Shown: piece by piece, positions 1 through 13,729 of the stretch
Position numbering within the stretch: position 1 is the stretch's first letter
Layout: the number at the start of each line of letters is the position of its first letter
Notes under the pieces: generated by a model
The model's input: only the letters and a program-made list of their open reading frames with translations
Databases searched by the model: none
Told to the model about the DNA's origin: nothing
Program-made: the position numbers and the translations under genes
Source of the DNA: Eledone cirrhosa
Taxonomy: Eukaryota
Assembly: GCA_964016885.1 (NCBI GenBank)
Contig: OZ024744.1
Span: 71,300,001-71,364,000 of the forward strand
Direction: 5' to 3'
DNA: 64,000 nt

Positions 1-259
1 ACAGTGTGGACTGGGCGCTACTTTTCATGACACCTACACAACCACTTTACAGTGTGAGCAGGGTGCTTTTTGTCATGTCACCAACATGACCACTTTACAG
101 TGTGGGCTGGGGGCTTCACTGGATGCATACTTCTTGGGAGATGTATGGGATGGTGCATACTGTATATATGCTTCAGCTCCAGCCTGTACCCATGGGAAGT
201 TGGGTCTTTTGTATCACTGCTTAATGCCAGAGGTCTTGGTCCTGTGTCATTGCCTTTGA

Positions 260-930
260 GAGATGCTATTGGGCAAGGTCAACTTTTATCACCTCATCCC
301 AGCTATTCTTGGGTATCGTCACCCCAAGGTACTCATCGACTTTGAGCATTCTGCAACTTTTTATGCAGCTGTCATCCTTCATATGCATCATATGTCCATA
401 CCAATGCAGTCTCCTCTCCTGCACACAGCATTTTATTCCTCTTATGCCTAATTTTTCTCTCAGTTCGTTTACACTTCGCTGTTCTCATATATTACAATTA
501 CACATCCATTGGAGCATGCAAGCTTCATTTCTTTCCAATCTATGCAAGTCTTCTGCACTCAACACCCTGGCCTCACTACCATGCAACATTGCTGTTCATA
601 AGCACGCATCATATAGTCTGTCTTTCATTTTGAGGGAAAAGCCTTTTGCAGCTAGAAATGGTAGTAACTCCTTGAACTTCTTCCATCCCATTCTTCCTAT
701 GGCTTCTGTACTGTCAGAACACCCCCTTTCACTGCTAATTTGGTCACCTATGTAGCAGAAGCTGTCTACAGTTTCAACCGAGCCTTCCCAGAATTTGATA
801 GTGCTTGTTTCCTGTGGTTGTTTGCAGCTTCCTGTCCCAGTGCAGCTGCTATATATAAAGCCTACATTCTTAGCTAAACTTCTTGAGATCTCACTACATC
901 TCTTGTGTACCCATAATTAGTATTTGGGAC
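260..930 (-). mobile_element. Decayed RTE-type LINE fragment (RT C-terminal region)
   Basis: Minus strand reads ETVDSFCYIGDQI..GWKKFKELLPFLAAKGFSLKMKDRLYDAC..LHGSEA; homologous to 16960-17430. Confidence 0.75.
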
Positions 931-1149
931 AAAGGATGGAATTTCTACCTACACCTTTCCTACATACTAAGCAAAATCATCTCCCTAAGGGGATCAGGGT
1001 TCTATTTTCTTACACATATGTATAGAATTGAATGCAGGACATTTCAGTTGAATAATATGCGATGAAGAATGTCAATGGAGACAAAAACAATCACAGTGTA
1101 AGTGACAGGCTAGGAAGAAAGATTAACTGGTAGCAAATGCCACATTTAG

Positions 1150-1650
1150 GCAATGTGAAAAACACTGAGACAAAAGAACAAGACAATAGTCACATCTATT
1201 TATCTTATGTATCACTCTAAGGTGAGGCAGTAAGCATAACTTCACATCAACAGTCTCTGTTACCCATCAAGGTTTGTAGGTTATCCTTTTCAATTCTAGT
1301 GTCTCTTGCTATGGTATCCTGATATCTGAGCTTTCTGGTAGAGATCTCCTACAAGAAGTCTAAAACTATCTCATCTTTTGCACAGAAGCAGTGACCAGTA
1401 AACTTTCTACAATATTCAATCAGTCATGCACTTACTTTTCAATTTTTTCTGTATATCTGATTAAGTGTGGTATGGATCTGCCAAGGAATATTTTGAGCCT
1501 TTCTCAGAAAGGCAGTGTAACATCCGTCTATAGGACTCTGTAGACGGAAGTGCAAGGCTTAAGTCTCAGAACCATAGAGAAGGATAGGCTCTACTGTTGT
1601 TCTAAATAGACTGATTTTAAGTTTGTTTGGTATATTGGATTTCCAAATTT
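1150..1650 (-). mobile_element. Decayed LINE 3' fragment (RTE-like)
   Basis: Minus strand reads WKSNIPNKLKISLFRTTVEPILLYGSET. Confidence 0.55.
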
Positions 1651-2029
1651 AGTCACACAGTAGGAGAGGAGATATGGTCACTGTAAAATAGAGCAACTCA
1701 ACAAAAGAAGAGAAAGGGAACTGTGTGTGTCATAAACAATATTGCAAAATTGACAACAGGTATAAAAACTTTACTGTCATCAGCCATCACAATAGACTTA
1801 CACAGTTGGAACCCCCACTGATGGTACTGTTTGTCCATTTGGGATCACAGTCCTCATCAACGCTGTCTGACACTGTCTAGGACTATATTACAAGATGTAA
1901 ACAAAACAAAACTCACACAAAATTACATGGCAAGGACACAACTCTGTATGTCCAATTTGATATCCCTGCCAATGATTGCAGAGTTTCCATGGCCAATTTT
2001 GCGCTATATATATATATATATATATACAA

Positions 2030-2322
2030 TATATTAACAAATGGAAACTATATTTATAAAACCATATTTATTTCATTATACATATTTCAAGGGCCACCAG
2101 AGAAAACTATGGTGCGCTTTCATCAGATAAAATATAATATAGGTTAGTTTTATAAATAAATATTGACATGCCCTTAAAAAATGCAACCATTCTGGTTGGA
2201 ATCTCCTGGATAGTGGAGTTATTAGATTTATTGCTGGTTTATTTACTCCAATAATTTGACGAGTGCTTTATATCAGTTATAAAAATATTTTGCTTGTTGT
2301 ATCCCAACAAATTAAATATAAC

Positions 2323-2325
<3 letters not shown>
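2030..2325 (-). mobile_element. (TA)n-flanked Penelope-like remnant with degenerate hammerhead
   Basis: Minus strand 2127-2075 reads CUGAUGA-AAGCGCACCA..UGGUGGCCCUU-GAAA-UAUG-UA. Both ends match 33095-33200 in reverse orientation. Confidence 0.5.
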
Positions 2326-2410
<85 letters not shown>

Positions 2411-2559
2411 ACAATTAGAAACGTTCATCGTATTCTGAATAAAGAAAATTAGCCTGATAGTGGGGTTTAAAAACGTCTATTTCTAACTCAATTTCAATCT
2501 TTGTTAGTCTTCAAAACAAAGAACGTCTGCTTTGATATATATATATATATTTGAGGACA

Positions 2560-3720
2560 CGTCATTTAATAGCTTAAACCTTTTTCTAACTTGTTCTGAT
2601 TATTATTGCTTTTGAGATAAAAGAAACTAACTCAGCAAAAGAATAGGCATTTTGTAATAATCGCCTTAAAGATAGAAAATAGTGCTTTAGAGATTACTTG
2701 CTTCCTGAAAGTTGCACGGACATTTGATGCCAAAGTTTGCAAAGAGCTCAAGGCTGTTAATGGAAATTCAACTGCAGCAACCAAATGTAAAATAGATGCT
2801 AAGAGTCGCAATACACTGACGTGTTTGAAAGATGCACAAAATTATCGAGCTAAGGAGCTCAAGTTTTCAAGGAACACTATCAGAAGAATTGTGCATTAGA
2901 ACCTTCAATACTAATCGCACGTGATGCAGTGAAGACAATTCATGTCTGCAAAGATGAAATATAACATTCTGATCCATGCAAATCATTTATTGAGCAAATT
3001 GAAACATAAAGAGTCTGGAATGCTTTGATTTTTCTCTGATGAGAAAACCTTTATCAGTACCAAAAGGTCAACCAAAGGAATGATAAATGGTTGTGCAGAA
3101 ATGCTAAGATGTTCCAATGGTCATTCACTCAAAGTTTCCAACAAGCGTGATGGTTCTGGGAATTATGAACAGTGAGTGAGATGTCCATACTTCCTGACTT
3201 CTTTACTCAGGGCTTAAGAGTCAATGCTGCTGTTTATAAGGAGGTATTGGAGAGGCTTATGAGGACTTGTATAGAGAGTGTGAACAAAGAAAGACCATAC
3301 ACCTACTAACAAGACTCCACATCATCTTATAAGGCCACGACAATCAAAAAAAGGATGAGTTACAATTTCCATGTTCACATCACCCCAAACATATGGCTTC
3401 CTAGCTCTCTAGACCTGAATCCATTGGACCACTACACATGGGGCATAGTTGAGAGGCAATTCAATCACCATCCCCATAGAAGTATAAAATCTCTGAAGTT
3501 CATCATAACTAATACAATGTCCAAAATAGATAAAGATCCTTTGATTCAGGCATGTCAATGTTTTGAACCTCTTATTGAAGCAGTCATCAATGCTAATGGT
3601 GGAGATTCATTGAATAGATGCATCAAGAAGAGTCTCAAGGAAACATGCCAGAAATGATTTACCTGTAAATTGAAAACAAAATGATAAACACTAATTGGTT
3701 TTCAGACCTAGTTGGGTCTT
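2560..3720 (+). mobile_element. Tc1/mariner (maT/DD37D-like) transposase remnant
   Basis: FFSDEK near 3030, QDS..SYKA near 3310, WLPSSLDLNPLDHYTWGIVE (SPDLNPLD motif); many stops. Confidence 0.8.
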
Positions 3721-3959
3721 CATTAGAAGGTGTGTATATCATCTAAACAATCAAAAGAAAACATGTATTTGATGGGCTTATATACCCATTCACTCATAGT
3801 AGTATTCTGAATAGGACATACTAATTTGCATATAATTTGGTCTTATGTTGGTAGTTGATTAAGATATATATTAAGAAGTTCACAAAGCAGCCAAGTATAT
3901 AATAAAGTTATATCTGTATATATACAGAGTGGGTAACTCAGGCTGCCTGGTTTCTTCCT

Positions 3960-5060
3960 TTTTCTGCAGCCTTCAAATATCATCTGCATTAACTGCCCAT
4001 GTTTGATTTCCATGCAATATTGTATTTTGCATGCATGCATCTTATAGCTGCCCTTTTGTTGTCAACAGAGGTAGTAGCTTCCTAAACTTTTCCCACTTAC
4101 TTCTTGTTCTAGCTACTCAGAACAACCTCCTTCACTGCTAATTAGGTATCCTACATAGCAGAATCTATGAACTACTTCTATATAGCTTTCAGGGATTGGA
4201 CATTTTTTTAATTTCACTGGAACTCCTGCTACAAACTACTCTTGTATATGAAATCTAACTTTTCTGTTAGCCTGCTTACAATCCCACTACACTTTTTGTG
4301 TATATTGTATAGAATTCTTATCTACTCCTTTTCTACATATTCAGTATGGTCACTTCTCTGATGGAACTGAAGTCTTGTCTTCTTTCCTAAATTTTTTTCT
4401 GAATTCTTTTAATTCTAAGTTCTGTTTTCATTGTGGGAATTTCTTCTCTAACTCTTCCATTGATTCAGCTATAATAACCAGGTTATTAGCATACAGAAGT
4501 TTCTGTGGATAGCCTGTCTTGAACTCCTCTGTTATGGCCTGATAAACAAGAGAAGATTGATCACTGAGACTTAGTGAACATCTACCCTGCACATTGAGTT
4601 CCTCACTAAACTCCTTACCTACTCTCACTTTACTGACATCACCTGTGTACATGACTTGCACTGCTCTGATGAACCATTCAACTACATTTAATTTCCTTAA
4701 GGACCATCAGATAACAGATCATAGAATTTTGTCAAAGGTCTTCCCTAGATCAATGAAAGTTACATAAAGAAAAGGATGTCATTAAGAAGAGGACATCTAT
4801 GGTACCTTCTCCTAGCATAAACCAAATCACATCTAATCTTTTCTTAATTAGTTGTGCAAAAACTCTTTCTTTCACTTTCATAACTTGATCTATCAGTTTT
4901 ATACTCCTGTAGTTTCTCTTTTCTAGAACATCACTTTGTAATAATTAGTGATTATACTGCTACATAAGTCATTGGGTTTGAACCCATCATGTGTTATTTG
5001 ATTAAAAATGTCACTTCTCCAGATGATTTCTTTCCTGCAGCTTTATCCTTTTTTTTCATT
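3960..5060 (-). mobile_element. Decayed RTE-type LINE RT fragment
   Basis: FIDLGKTFD; VSKVRVGKEFSEELNVQ; QAITEEFKTGYPQKLLYANNLVIIAES (degenerate YADD). Confidence 0.8.
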
Positions 5061-5954
5061 TCTCTGATTGCCTCTTTGAGTTTACTGTAGTTAGTTCACT
5101 GATACCAATGAAATTGATGCGAATAGCTAGAGGAATAATGCTTTTCTCAATCTTAAAAGTGATATAACTAAAGATTAATTAAAACTCTCATTAGAAATTT
5201 TTGTTTACATACAATATATTTACATTAATTACAAAACAATATTATTAATTTAATAAAGATTAATTGTGCAATTATATTTTTATTTATATTTTTATTGGTG
5301 TTTTCTAAAAAAAATATTTATTTTTTTTATTTGAACTTATATAATGAAAAACTAAAATTCTCATGTATTTTCCATGACAAGCTGTACCTAACTCACTGTA
5401 AGTGAATTGGAAGGTGTCAAGCACTTCCTCACCTCCCAATTTAAGTTTAGGTTGACATGTTTACAATTTGATTTCCTATCATATTAAGATTTTATATTTT
5501 TATCCACCACTGGAATACACACCCTTCCTGTCAGGTATAAAACTTAAAAGCTGTCACCATCAGTGCTGGTACCATGAAAGGTAGGTCTGAGGTGATAGTA
5601 GAGATGCTGGGCAGAGACCTATACATCAATCTCAGCCAAATTTCTCACAGTTACAAATTTTTCTAGAAGGTTGACAACCCTGGGGTGGGAGCAGTAGATA
5701 TGCTGTTGGCAGAGAAATGAATACATTAATTGAGATAGTCAGAACATATGACAGTTATGTGTTCAGCTCACAATCATAAGGTTGTTAGTTCAATTCCCAA
5801 CCAGATGGTGCATTGTGTTGTTGAGCAAGAAACTTTATTTCACATTGCTCTAATCCACTCAGTTGGATCTTGTAACTTGCTATCCCAATGGTACTCAGTT
5901 GCATTAGCCTTTGTTTTTCCCTTTGACAACATTGAGTCGTCAAATTAAAACATA

Positions 5955-6290
5955 CCTAGAACACTGTGTAAAATGGCAGTGCTGGTTCCATGATATAGCA
6001 CACCCAGTACACTTTGTTAAGTGGCAATGTTGGTACCATGATAAAACACACCCAGTACACCCTGTAAAGTGGTAGTACCGGTGCCATGATAAAACACACC
6101 CAGTACACTCTGTAAAGTGGTAGTGTTGGTGTCATGATAAAACACACCCAGTTCACTCTGTAAAGTGGTAATGCTGGTGACATGATAAAATGCATCCAGT
6201 ACACCCTGTAAAGTGGAAGAGCAGGTGCCATGTTAAAAATACACCTAGTAGACTCTGTAAAGTGGTTGGTACTAGAAGGGAATCCATGTC
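5955..6290 (+). repeat. 48-bp tandem repeat (~6 units) within a LINE/SINE 3' region ending in a (GAT)n tail
   Basis: GGTGCCATGATAAAACACACCCAGTACACTCTGTAAAGTGGTAGT units; related arrays at 1-130, 13380-13600 and 20640-20740. Confidence 0.85.
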
Positions 6291-7065
6291 AAAATATAGA
6301 ACATATAAATAAGTGGTTCACCAACCTGTCCAGTCACAGAACGTCCAATTTATGCTACATGGAAAGGAGACATAAGATGATGATGATGATGGTGATGATG
6401 GTGGTGGTGGTGGTGATGATGATGATGATGATGATGATGATGGTGGTGATGATGGTGATGATGACGATGATGGTGATGATGATGATGACTCACCACTACA
6501 CCACTACCTACACTATCCACACTACTCACACTACACTACTACCTACACTGTACCACTACCAACACTACCCATACATGATGATGATGATGATGAATGTATG
6601 TGTGTGTAAAAGGAAGGAAGGAGATGGTGAAAGAACTATAGCAAAGCAGCGGCTGGCATTCCATTTGCTACTCTGTGTGCGAATGTATGTGTATGTATGT
6701 GTTTGTCTAAATGTATGTGTGTGTGTGTTTGTGTGAATGTATGTGTGTGTTTGTACGAATGTATGTGTACTTGTGTGAAAATATGTCCGTCAGTGTGTAT
6801 TTTTGTAAGTGTGTTTGTGTTTGCGTGTTTATATTTATCTACTCATACATACAAAATGTCTGTATATATGCACATAGACACATGCACACACATAGATACA
6901 CATATGCGTCAGCATGTTGAAAAAAACCCTAGTGTAATATATTACACACTCAGTATTTTAATGGTACTTAAATGTTTGTAATATATTTATGTGGACTTGA
7001 AATTAAACAGTATATATGTCCTCATATGGCTTATATAGTTACATGTATTATTCCTTATGTTTAAG

Positions 7066-7502
7066 GATGGTAGATTGGCAGTATTGGTAAAGCATGCTTT
7101 ACCAACATGCTTTGCAGCATATAGTTACATCCTTTTATGTTCTGAGTTCAAATCCCGACAAGGTTATTTTGCCTTTCATCTTTAACCCTTTAGCATTTAC
7201 ATTACTCTATATTTACTATTGTATTTTCATGGTAAAGGTTTTATCTCACATAATATCTTACATAATATCGAAGCTATGAGATTTTGATGTTATTTATTTT
7301 GAGAACAATACCTTAACATTGGCATGGGTACCCGATTATGGCCAGTTTGAACAGAAAGAGGTGAGAGAATTCTGACTGTTTCAATGCTAAAGGGTTAAAG
7401 GATCAATAAAATAAAGTACCAGTAATGCACTGGGGTTGATTTAATCAACTTTCTCTTCCCCCAAAATAGTTGGCCTTGTTCTTAAATTATAAACCATTAT
7501 TT
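7066..7502 (+). mobile_element. tRNA-derived SINE interrupted by a piggyBac-type MITE
   Basis: A box TGGCAGTATTGGTA, B box GAGTTCAAATCCC; the SINE body resumes at 7399. Confidence 0.8.
7186..7394. mobile_element. piggyBac-type MITE (209 bp)
   Basis: TTAA-CCCTTTAGCATT...AATGCTAAAGGG-TTAA; second copy lacking the right TIR at 15174-15380. Confidence 0.88.
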
Positions 7503-8354
7503 CTTATGTTTAGTAACCTTTCTTTCAACAAAAGCCTTATAATACCTTTAGACAGTTCTTAGAACCATATATCTGACAATTAAAGTAGGATGACCATGAG
7601 GAAAGTTGACGAATCATTTATTTGGTAATCATGCTACGGAGCTTACCACGGCTACACAACAACAATATCAACATCATCAGCAACAACAACAGCAACAAAT
7701 ATAGCAAAGCTGATAATAGCTGCTATAAGAATTCATTCAATTAATCTAAATATAAATTTGTAAATCAGCTTCATTCTCTAAAAGTAATAGTGACTTCTGT
7801 TTTTATCAAACTCAAGGCCTTGGTTATTAATGTAGTATTGTTAAAATATTTGGATGATTTTCCTTTCTCCATTTAAATTTCTTAACCTTTGTTCCACCCA
7901 ATAGGTTATTCTGGCTTTGGTTCTTGCAATGTTCAAAATTCTCTTCTAATTTAGTTAGTTTGGCAGCTGGGTGCTGAACTTGGTAAAATTCATTGATTTG
8001 GTGTCATGGTGCAACATTTTTATCCATGCACACTTACTTACACATACACCTTATAACATAGGCACATATAATATATATATACTCACAAACACACAAAAAG
8101 ATACTTCCATATCTGAGAGATATACCGTTTTTGTCAGTTTTAATATATTTAACTTCTCTCGGTTCATAATGTGACTTTCCATCTGAACTTTGCTTGCCTT
8201 ATTGATCGAATGCATTGTTAGTGTCTCTTATTAGATTGGCTTTCTTGAACTTTTCAGGTGACTTGCTATCAATTATGGGAAAATTTCAATTTAGTGTGTG
8301 AATGAAAAGGTTAGCTAGTTTTAATATCTACTGCACCTCACATTTGTCTCAAAA

Positions 8355-8365
8355 ATTATATATAT

Positions 8366-8443
<78 letters not shown>

Positions 8444-8535
8444 CATATATATACATATACATATATATATATACACATATATATACATTTATATATGTAT
8501 GTATATATATATGTATATATGTATATATGTATATA

Positions 8536-8613
<78 letters not shown>

Positions 8614-8812
8614 TGTATGTATGTATATATGTGTGTGTACATGTGTGTGCACATATGTGTGATGTGCATGTGTGTGTGTTTGTGTATGTGTGTGTACATG
8701 TATGTGTAAGTGTATGTGTGTATGTGTGTATGTGTGTATGTGTGTATGTGTGCATGTGTGTGTTTGTGCATGTGTGTATGTTTGTGCACGTGAGTGTGTT
8801 TCTGTGTGTGTA
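8355..8812. repeat. Compound (TA)n/(TG)n microsatellite
   Basis: Direct inspection. Confidence 0.95.
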
Positions 8813-9499
8813 TTAATCTTACCAACATATCAAAAGACTTTATCACTTCGATAAATAGGAAGAAAACTCAACAAATAACCTGAAGTTGTGTTTTAAACCA
8901 GTCAGAACTGGGTAAAATTATTCTTTTAATACGCAACTCATGGAAAATAAGTGTGAATTTTGATCGATAGAATCGAGTCAATCGACAAGGTCCTAGACTT
9001 TCATTTGCTTACTAAGTGGTGGTGGGGGAGCTCATCAAATTGGACCAAGGAAAGAATGTTTCCATTGGCCTTTTCATTGTTAATACTACCTACTGGTTAC
9101 AATACCTGATAGAAAGAGGAACATGAAATAAAGTGTCTTGTTCAAGGACCAAAATGCATCGGTCAGTTCAGGAATCAAAATCACAACCTCATAATTGTGA
9201 GTTCAATTCTTTAACCACTAAACTAAGAGCCTATTATTGTCTCATTCTGAATATGATTGCTAGCATGTATAAGAAAACTTAGTGGAATAAGCTAAGCTGA
9301 GGGAGTAAATGGTAGAAGCTTTGAGAGATGACTTATATCAAAGGTTCCGAAAGTGGGTTCTGTGGAACCCAAGGAGATTCTGTGAAAAAAGGCAGAGGAG
9401 TATATTTATATTACAACCATATAACAGTATTAGACTTTGGGGTTCCCCAAAGTTTCAGAACCAAAAAGAGTTCTGCATTTGAAAAAGTTTGAAACCCTG

Positions 9500-10050
9500 A
9501 CTTGGAGTATTCCTCTTTGGCTGGAAATATTTAAAGTTATTGTTTATGCCTAGTTTAGGTCAAATTCAGCAGATCTTTGATGAAGATATTTCAGATATGA
9601 CTATCTATGTTTCTATATATAAAGGAATACATTCCCTAATGCACCATTTCTTTTTTAAGGTACTAGTATTTTTTCAACACGCTGGGTGTCAGGTATTATT
9701 TCTTTTAATGCTGCTTCCACTTGTGCTTGTGGCACTACCTCCAGTTGCTTTGATTTTAGAGAAAAGCATCTGTAAATCAGGGTTTTCCTTTCTGTTGCTG
9801 TTAATTCTTCAGGTGGAATATTTACATTAGCCCAGCTTTTCTCTAGTTTAATAAATTTGGCGGCTTGTGCCAAACATGTGGTTTTTTTTTTGTATAACGT
9901 TCATTTCAAAGAATTCTGTTGTTCTTGCAGTCGTTGATGTGAATGTATTTTTGTTGGTGTAAATGTTGTTGTTCATGTTGTTACCATTTGTGTTGTTTTT
10001 TTATTGTTATTTTTGTTGTTTTTTTCTGTTATATTTCCTGTTATTATAAT
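9500..10050 (-). pseudogene. Relic ORF1 of a Tx1-related element
   Basis: AAKFIKLEK..ERKTLIYRCFSLKSKQLEVVPQAQVEAALKEII aligns by eye with array ORF1 AKRYVTFEK..LKTIVFRTVSNSTRKPVQLSQKDIELVFKDSM; AAC-rich segment upstream. Confidence 0.55.
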
Positions 10051-10199
10051 GTTGGTGGCAATGGTAGTGGTGGTGGTCGTGGAGGTGGCAGTAGTGACGG
10101 TGTTGGTGTTAGCGTTATGATGAGGGGAGGAATATCAATCTTAGATGAAATATGTGCTCTCAAGTTAAGAAAAGGAGGAAAGGGATTATGATATAAAAA

Positions 10200-12320
10200 G
10201 TAACTTCAAAACCTGATTTTCTATTAATCAAAGAAACACTGAAACAGAAAGTACAGCTGTAAGCTCAAAGAATCAGAAGATTTGAAAAGCGAAACAGGTT
10301 TTACAGGCAAAATAAGCTGTTTATGTCAGATGTAAAAAGGTTTTACATGGAAATTGGGACACAGACAATTCAAGTAAAGGAATCTCCTTCAATTCTTGAA
10401 ATTGAAGAATTTTGGAAAACAGTATGGAATACAGAAAAATTTCATAATGCAAATGCAGAATGAATAAAGAATATGGAAGAAACATACAATAATTTAGAAA
10501 GGCAGACATAGAAGACATAAATATGGAAGAACTGGAGTTGGCACTAAAGAGAAAATAAATGAAAATTTCATGACATTGATAAAGAGCCAAACTTCAGGTT
10601 ATCTTCTCTAACTGTTACTCATGATATGATAGTAAAATGTTATAACAAAATTATGTTCAATCTTTAGAAAACTCCTGATTGTTTTCCACAAGGTAAAACA
10701 CATCTGGCACCAAAATCGACAGAAACAAATATTCCCCAAAATTATCGTTGTATCACTTGCTTTCCCACATCATACAAAATTCTCATCTCAATCTTGACTG
10801 AGACAACCTACAAATTTATGGATGGAAATCATCTTTTTCCTATTGAACAGAAAGGTTGACATCATGGATCTTATGGATGCAAAGACCAACTTCTCATTAA
10901 TCGCATGATTCTGGAAAACTATCATAAAAGTATAGAAATCTGAGTACTGCATGGATTGAGTATAAGAAAACATTTGACAGTGTACCACACTCATAGATTT
11001 CGAAAACTTTGGATGTTCTGAAAATTTTCCCATTAATAACAAACTTTCTGAAATACAATATGTCTGTATGGAATACAAATTTTTCACTGTCTCACATTTC
11101 CAGCAGCATAGGGTTTACCTGTGATATTTTTTGAGGTGATTTGTTTTCTCCTCTGATATTTTGCATTGCACTCACACCACTGTTTTTAGCATGCAACAAA
11201 ACAAAATATGGCTACAAAATAGCCAGCAAAACCAGAAATCTTCTGCTTTATATGGATTAATTGAAACTGTATGCTAAAAATGATAGCAAATTGGAAGGAC
11301 TGCTGAAAACAGTTAAGGTGTTTTTGAAGATGTAGGGTAGGAGTTTGGATTGGAAAAATATGCAAAAGCTACATTCAATAAAGACAGAATAACAAGCACA
11401 AACTTGATGGAAATAGATGTGAATAAAGTAATTAGGGAACTAGAACAAGAACCTGTCTACAGATATCTAGGGATCAATAAAGGCCAAGGTATTCAAAATG
11501 TCAGCATGAAAGAGAGAATCAGGAAAGTATGTTACCTGAGGGTATGTGTTGTCTAAAAAACTGAGCTCAACTCAAAGAATAAGCTATCTGCCATAAATGT
11601 GCTTGCAATCCCAGGTGTCACCAATAGTTTTAATATCATAAATTGGAATGTTAATGAAATAAAGAAAATGGACACCAAAAGCAGGTAACTTCTGGCCTGT
11701 AATAACCTACATCACCCAAAAGCACCAAAATGTGGATCACCTTTATCTCCTTAGACAAAACGGAGGTAAATAAATGATCCATCTTGAGATGTCATGCTAA
11801 ATATCAACCATTGGACTTGAACAATACCTTAAAACTACAGATAACTGGATGCTGAAATTGGCTGCAGATCACAAGAAAAAGTAGGGAGTTTGTGGAAGAA
11901 TTGGAAATACATTTTGAAAATGATGGTGATTCTGCAAATAAAGCTACAAAGAATATAAAATTGTTGGCAAACATGAAGGACAAGGGAAACTGTGCACTAA
12001 ATGGGAACAAAAGCCACAGCATCAGCAGTATGTTCTCAGTAGCAAAGAATCTGATGTAGATCAAACTATTAGCCATCAGTGGGTGAGGAGTTCTGGGCTA
12101 AAAGCAGAGTGTGAGGGCTTCATTTTGACTGCACAAGCCCAGCAATACACAACTTTCAAGCCAATGTGATCAGAAATGGGACTAATCCAAAGTATCGCTT
12201 CTGCAATAAGCATGTTGAGACCATTGACCATGCCCCCTGCTTTCAAGCAGCAAAGTATTAGCTCCCCAGAAATATAAAATGAGGCATGATAGAGTAGGGC
12301 AATATATACACTAATATCCA
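10200..12320 (+). mobile_element. Decayed R4/Dong-clade (RLE) non-LTR retrotransposon
   Basis: NYRCITCFPTSYKIL, GCKDQLLINRMILE, FDSVPHS, GDLFSPLIFCIALTPL, LLYMD*LKLYAK, YRYLGI, ELNSKNKLSAIN, GLKAECEGFILTAQ. Confidence 0.8.
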
Positions 12321-12344
12321 AGCTTTAAGGTATAAAACAATAGG

Positions 12345-12818
12345 GAAAAAGGTACAACTATCACTATACTTAGCTTTTGTTGACCTAGAGAAGGCTTTGA
12401 TAGAGTATCCCGATCTGTCATCTGGTGGTCTGTAAGGAAACTAGGTATAGAGGAATGGCTTGTGAGGACAGTGCAAGCTATATACAAGGCTGTTGTCAGT
12501 AAAGTGAGAATAGGAATGGAGTTTAGTGAGGAATTCCAGATATAAATAGGAGTGCATCAGGGTTCAGTCCTCAGACCACTCTTATTCATTATAGTTCTCC
12601 AAGCCATAACAAAGGAGTTTAAGACTGGCTGCCCATGGGAACTTCTCTATGCTGATGATCTGGTACTTATAACAGAATCAGTAGAGGAGCTAGAGAATAA
12701 ATTCTGGCTCACAGAGGAAATGATGAAGGACCATGACGAATGGAGAGATGCTGTGCTGAAAAGGACCCGTTCCACCCTTGCAAGCAAGGAAAAGTGGACG
12801 TAAAATGATGATGATATC
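12345..12818 (+). mobile_element. RTE-type LINE RT fragment fused by internal deletion to its 3' end
   Basis: AFVDLEKA, HQGSVLRPLLF, LLYADDLV, then a jump to the terminal region and (GAT)n tail. Confidence 0.85.
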
Positions 12819-13379
12819 ACCTAAATACAGTAACAGTATAAGTACTAACTTCCTAAGTAGACAAAGAAGATTGGAGTCAATTTGATGATTGGACACCAAC
12901 AAAAAACAGCAACAACAATATACTCACTGTTAATGTTTTGGGTGGTGCCAATGGTTTCTGAAAATGGATATTTTAGTATATAATCAATTTGATGGGAAAA
13001 TTAAAAAGAAATTACTCATTTACAATCAAAATAATTCAGTTGCCAACACAATAGAATTATTGCCAATTTTTTTTTTTTTACACCATTATGCAGATTTACT
13101 TTGAAAATAATTAGTTATTCCTTCCCAGCATGTAACAAAATGTAAATGTCACTCAAATCCAGAGAGAATATGGGCTCTTCAGAGTTACTGCTTAGCTGTT
13201 TCTATGGAAATAGAATTGATGTGAGATGATTCATTTTCTGGATGGGATACCAGTCTATTTCAAGTGAAATTTCTAAAGGATTGGTTAGGTGAACCAAGGC
13301 AATGTTTTCATATTCATGTTATTCTCTCAAACTATCAGGTTGACTAATACTTTGTGTGAAATTTAATGGATGAAATTTA

Positions 13380-13600
13380 GGTGTCACGACAAAAAGACCC
13401 CAGCCCACTCTGTAAAGTGATCTGTAGTAGTCATTACAAAAAGCCCCCAGTCCACACTGTAAAGTGGTTGTGTAGGTGTCACAACAAAAAGCATCCAGTC
13501 CACTCTGTAAAGTGGTCATATAGGAGTCATGACAAAAAGCACCCAGTACACACTGTAAATGTGGTTGGTTTTAGGAAGGGCATCTAGCTGTAGAAATCTA
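13380..13600 (+). repeat. ~46-bp tandem repeat of the same family
   Basis: ACAAAAAGCACCCAGTCCACACTGTAAAGTGG units followed by TTAGGAAGGGCATCTAGCTGTAGAAA. Confidence 0.8.
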
Positions 13601-13729
13601 GCCAGAAACAGTTCTCTATGAGCAGGATATGGCCACTTGACCCAACCTGCCTCAAATGAGATTGACTGTTCTTCTTCATGGGCAGTAGACTTCATCTGCC
13701 ATCAAGTTTAGTGATCCATGCTAGCTGAA

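Noticed and set aside
5955-6290. CRISPR-like array or 16-aa repeat protein
   Set aside because: Contiguous degenerate tandem units without unique spacers, no cas genes, eukaryotic context.
7640-7730. Possible minus-strand exon (TAG acceptor, GTAAG donor, hydrophobic frame)
   Set aside because: Derived from a (CAA)n-rich tract with no supporting neighbouring exons.
8302-8854. ORFs of YI/HT/CV dipeptides (also 6230-6981, 33022-34389)
   Set aside because: Translations of microsatellites.
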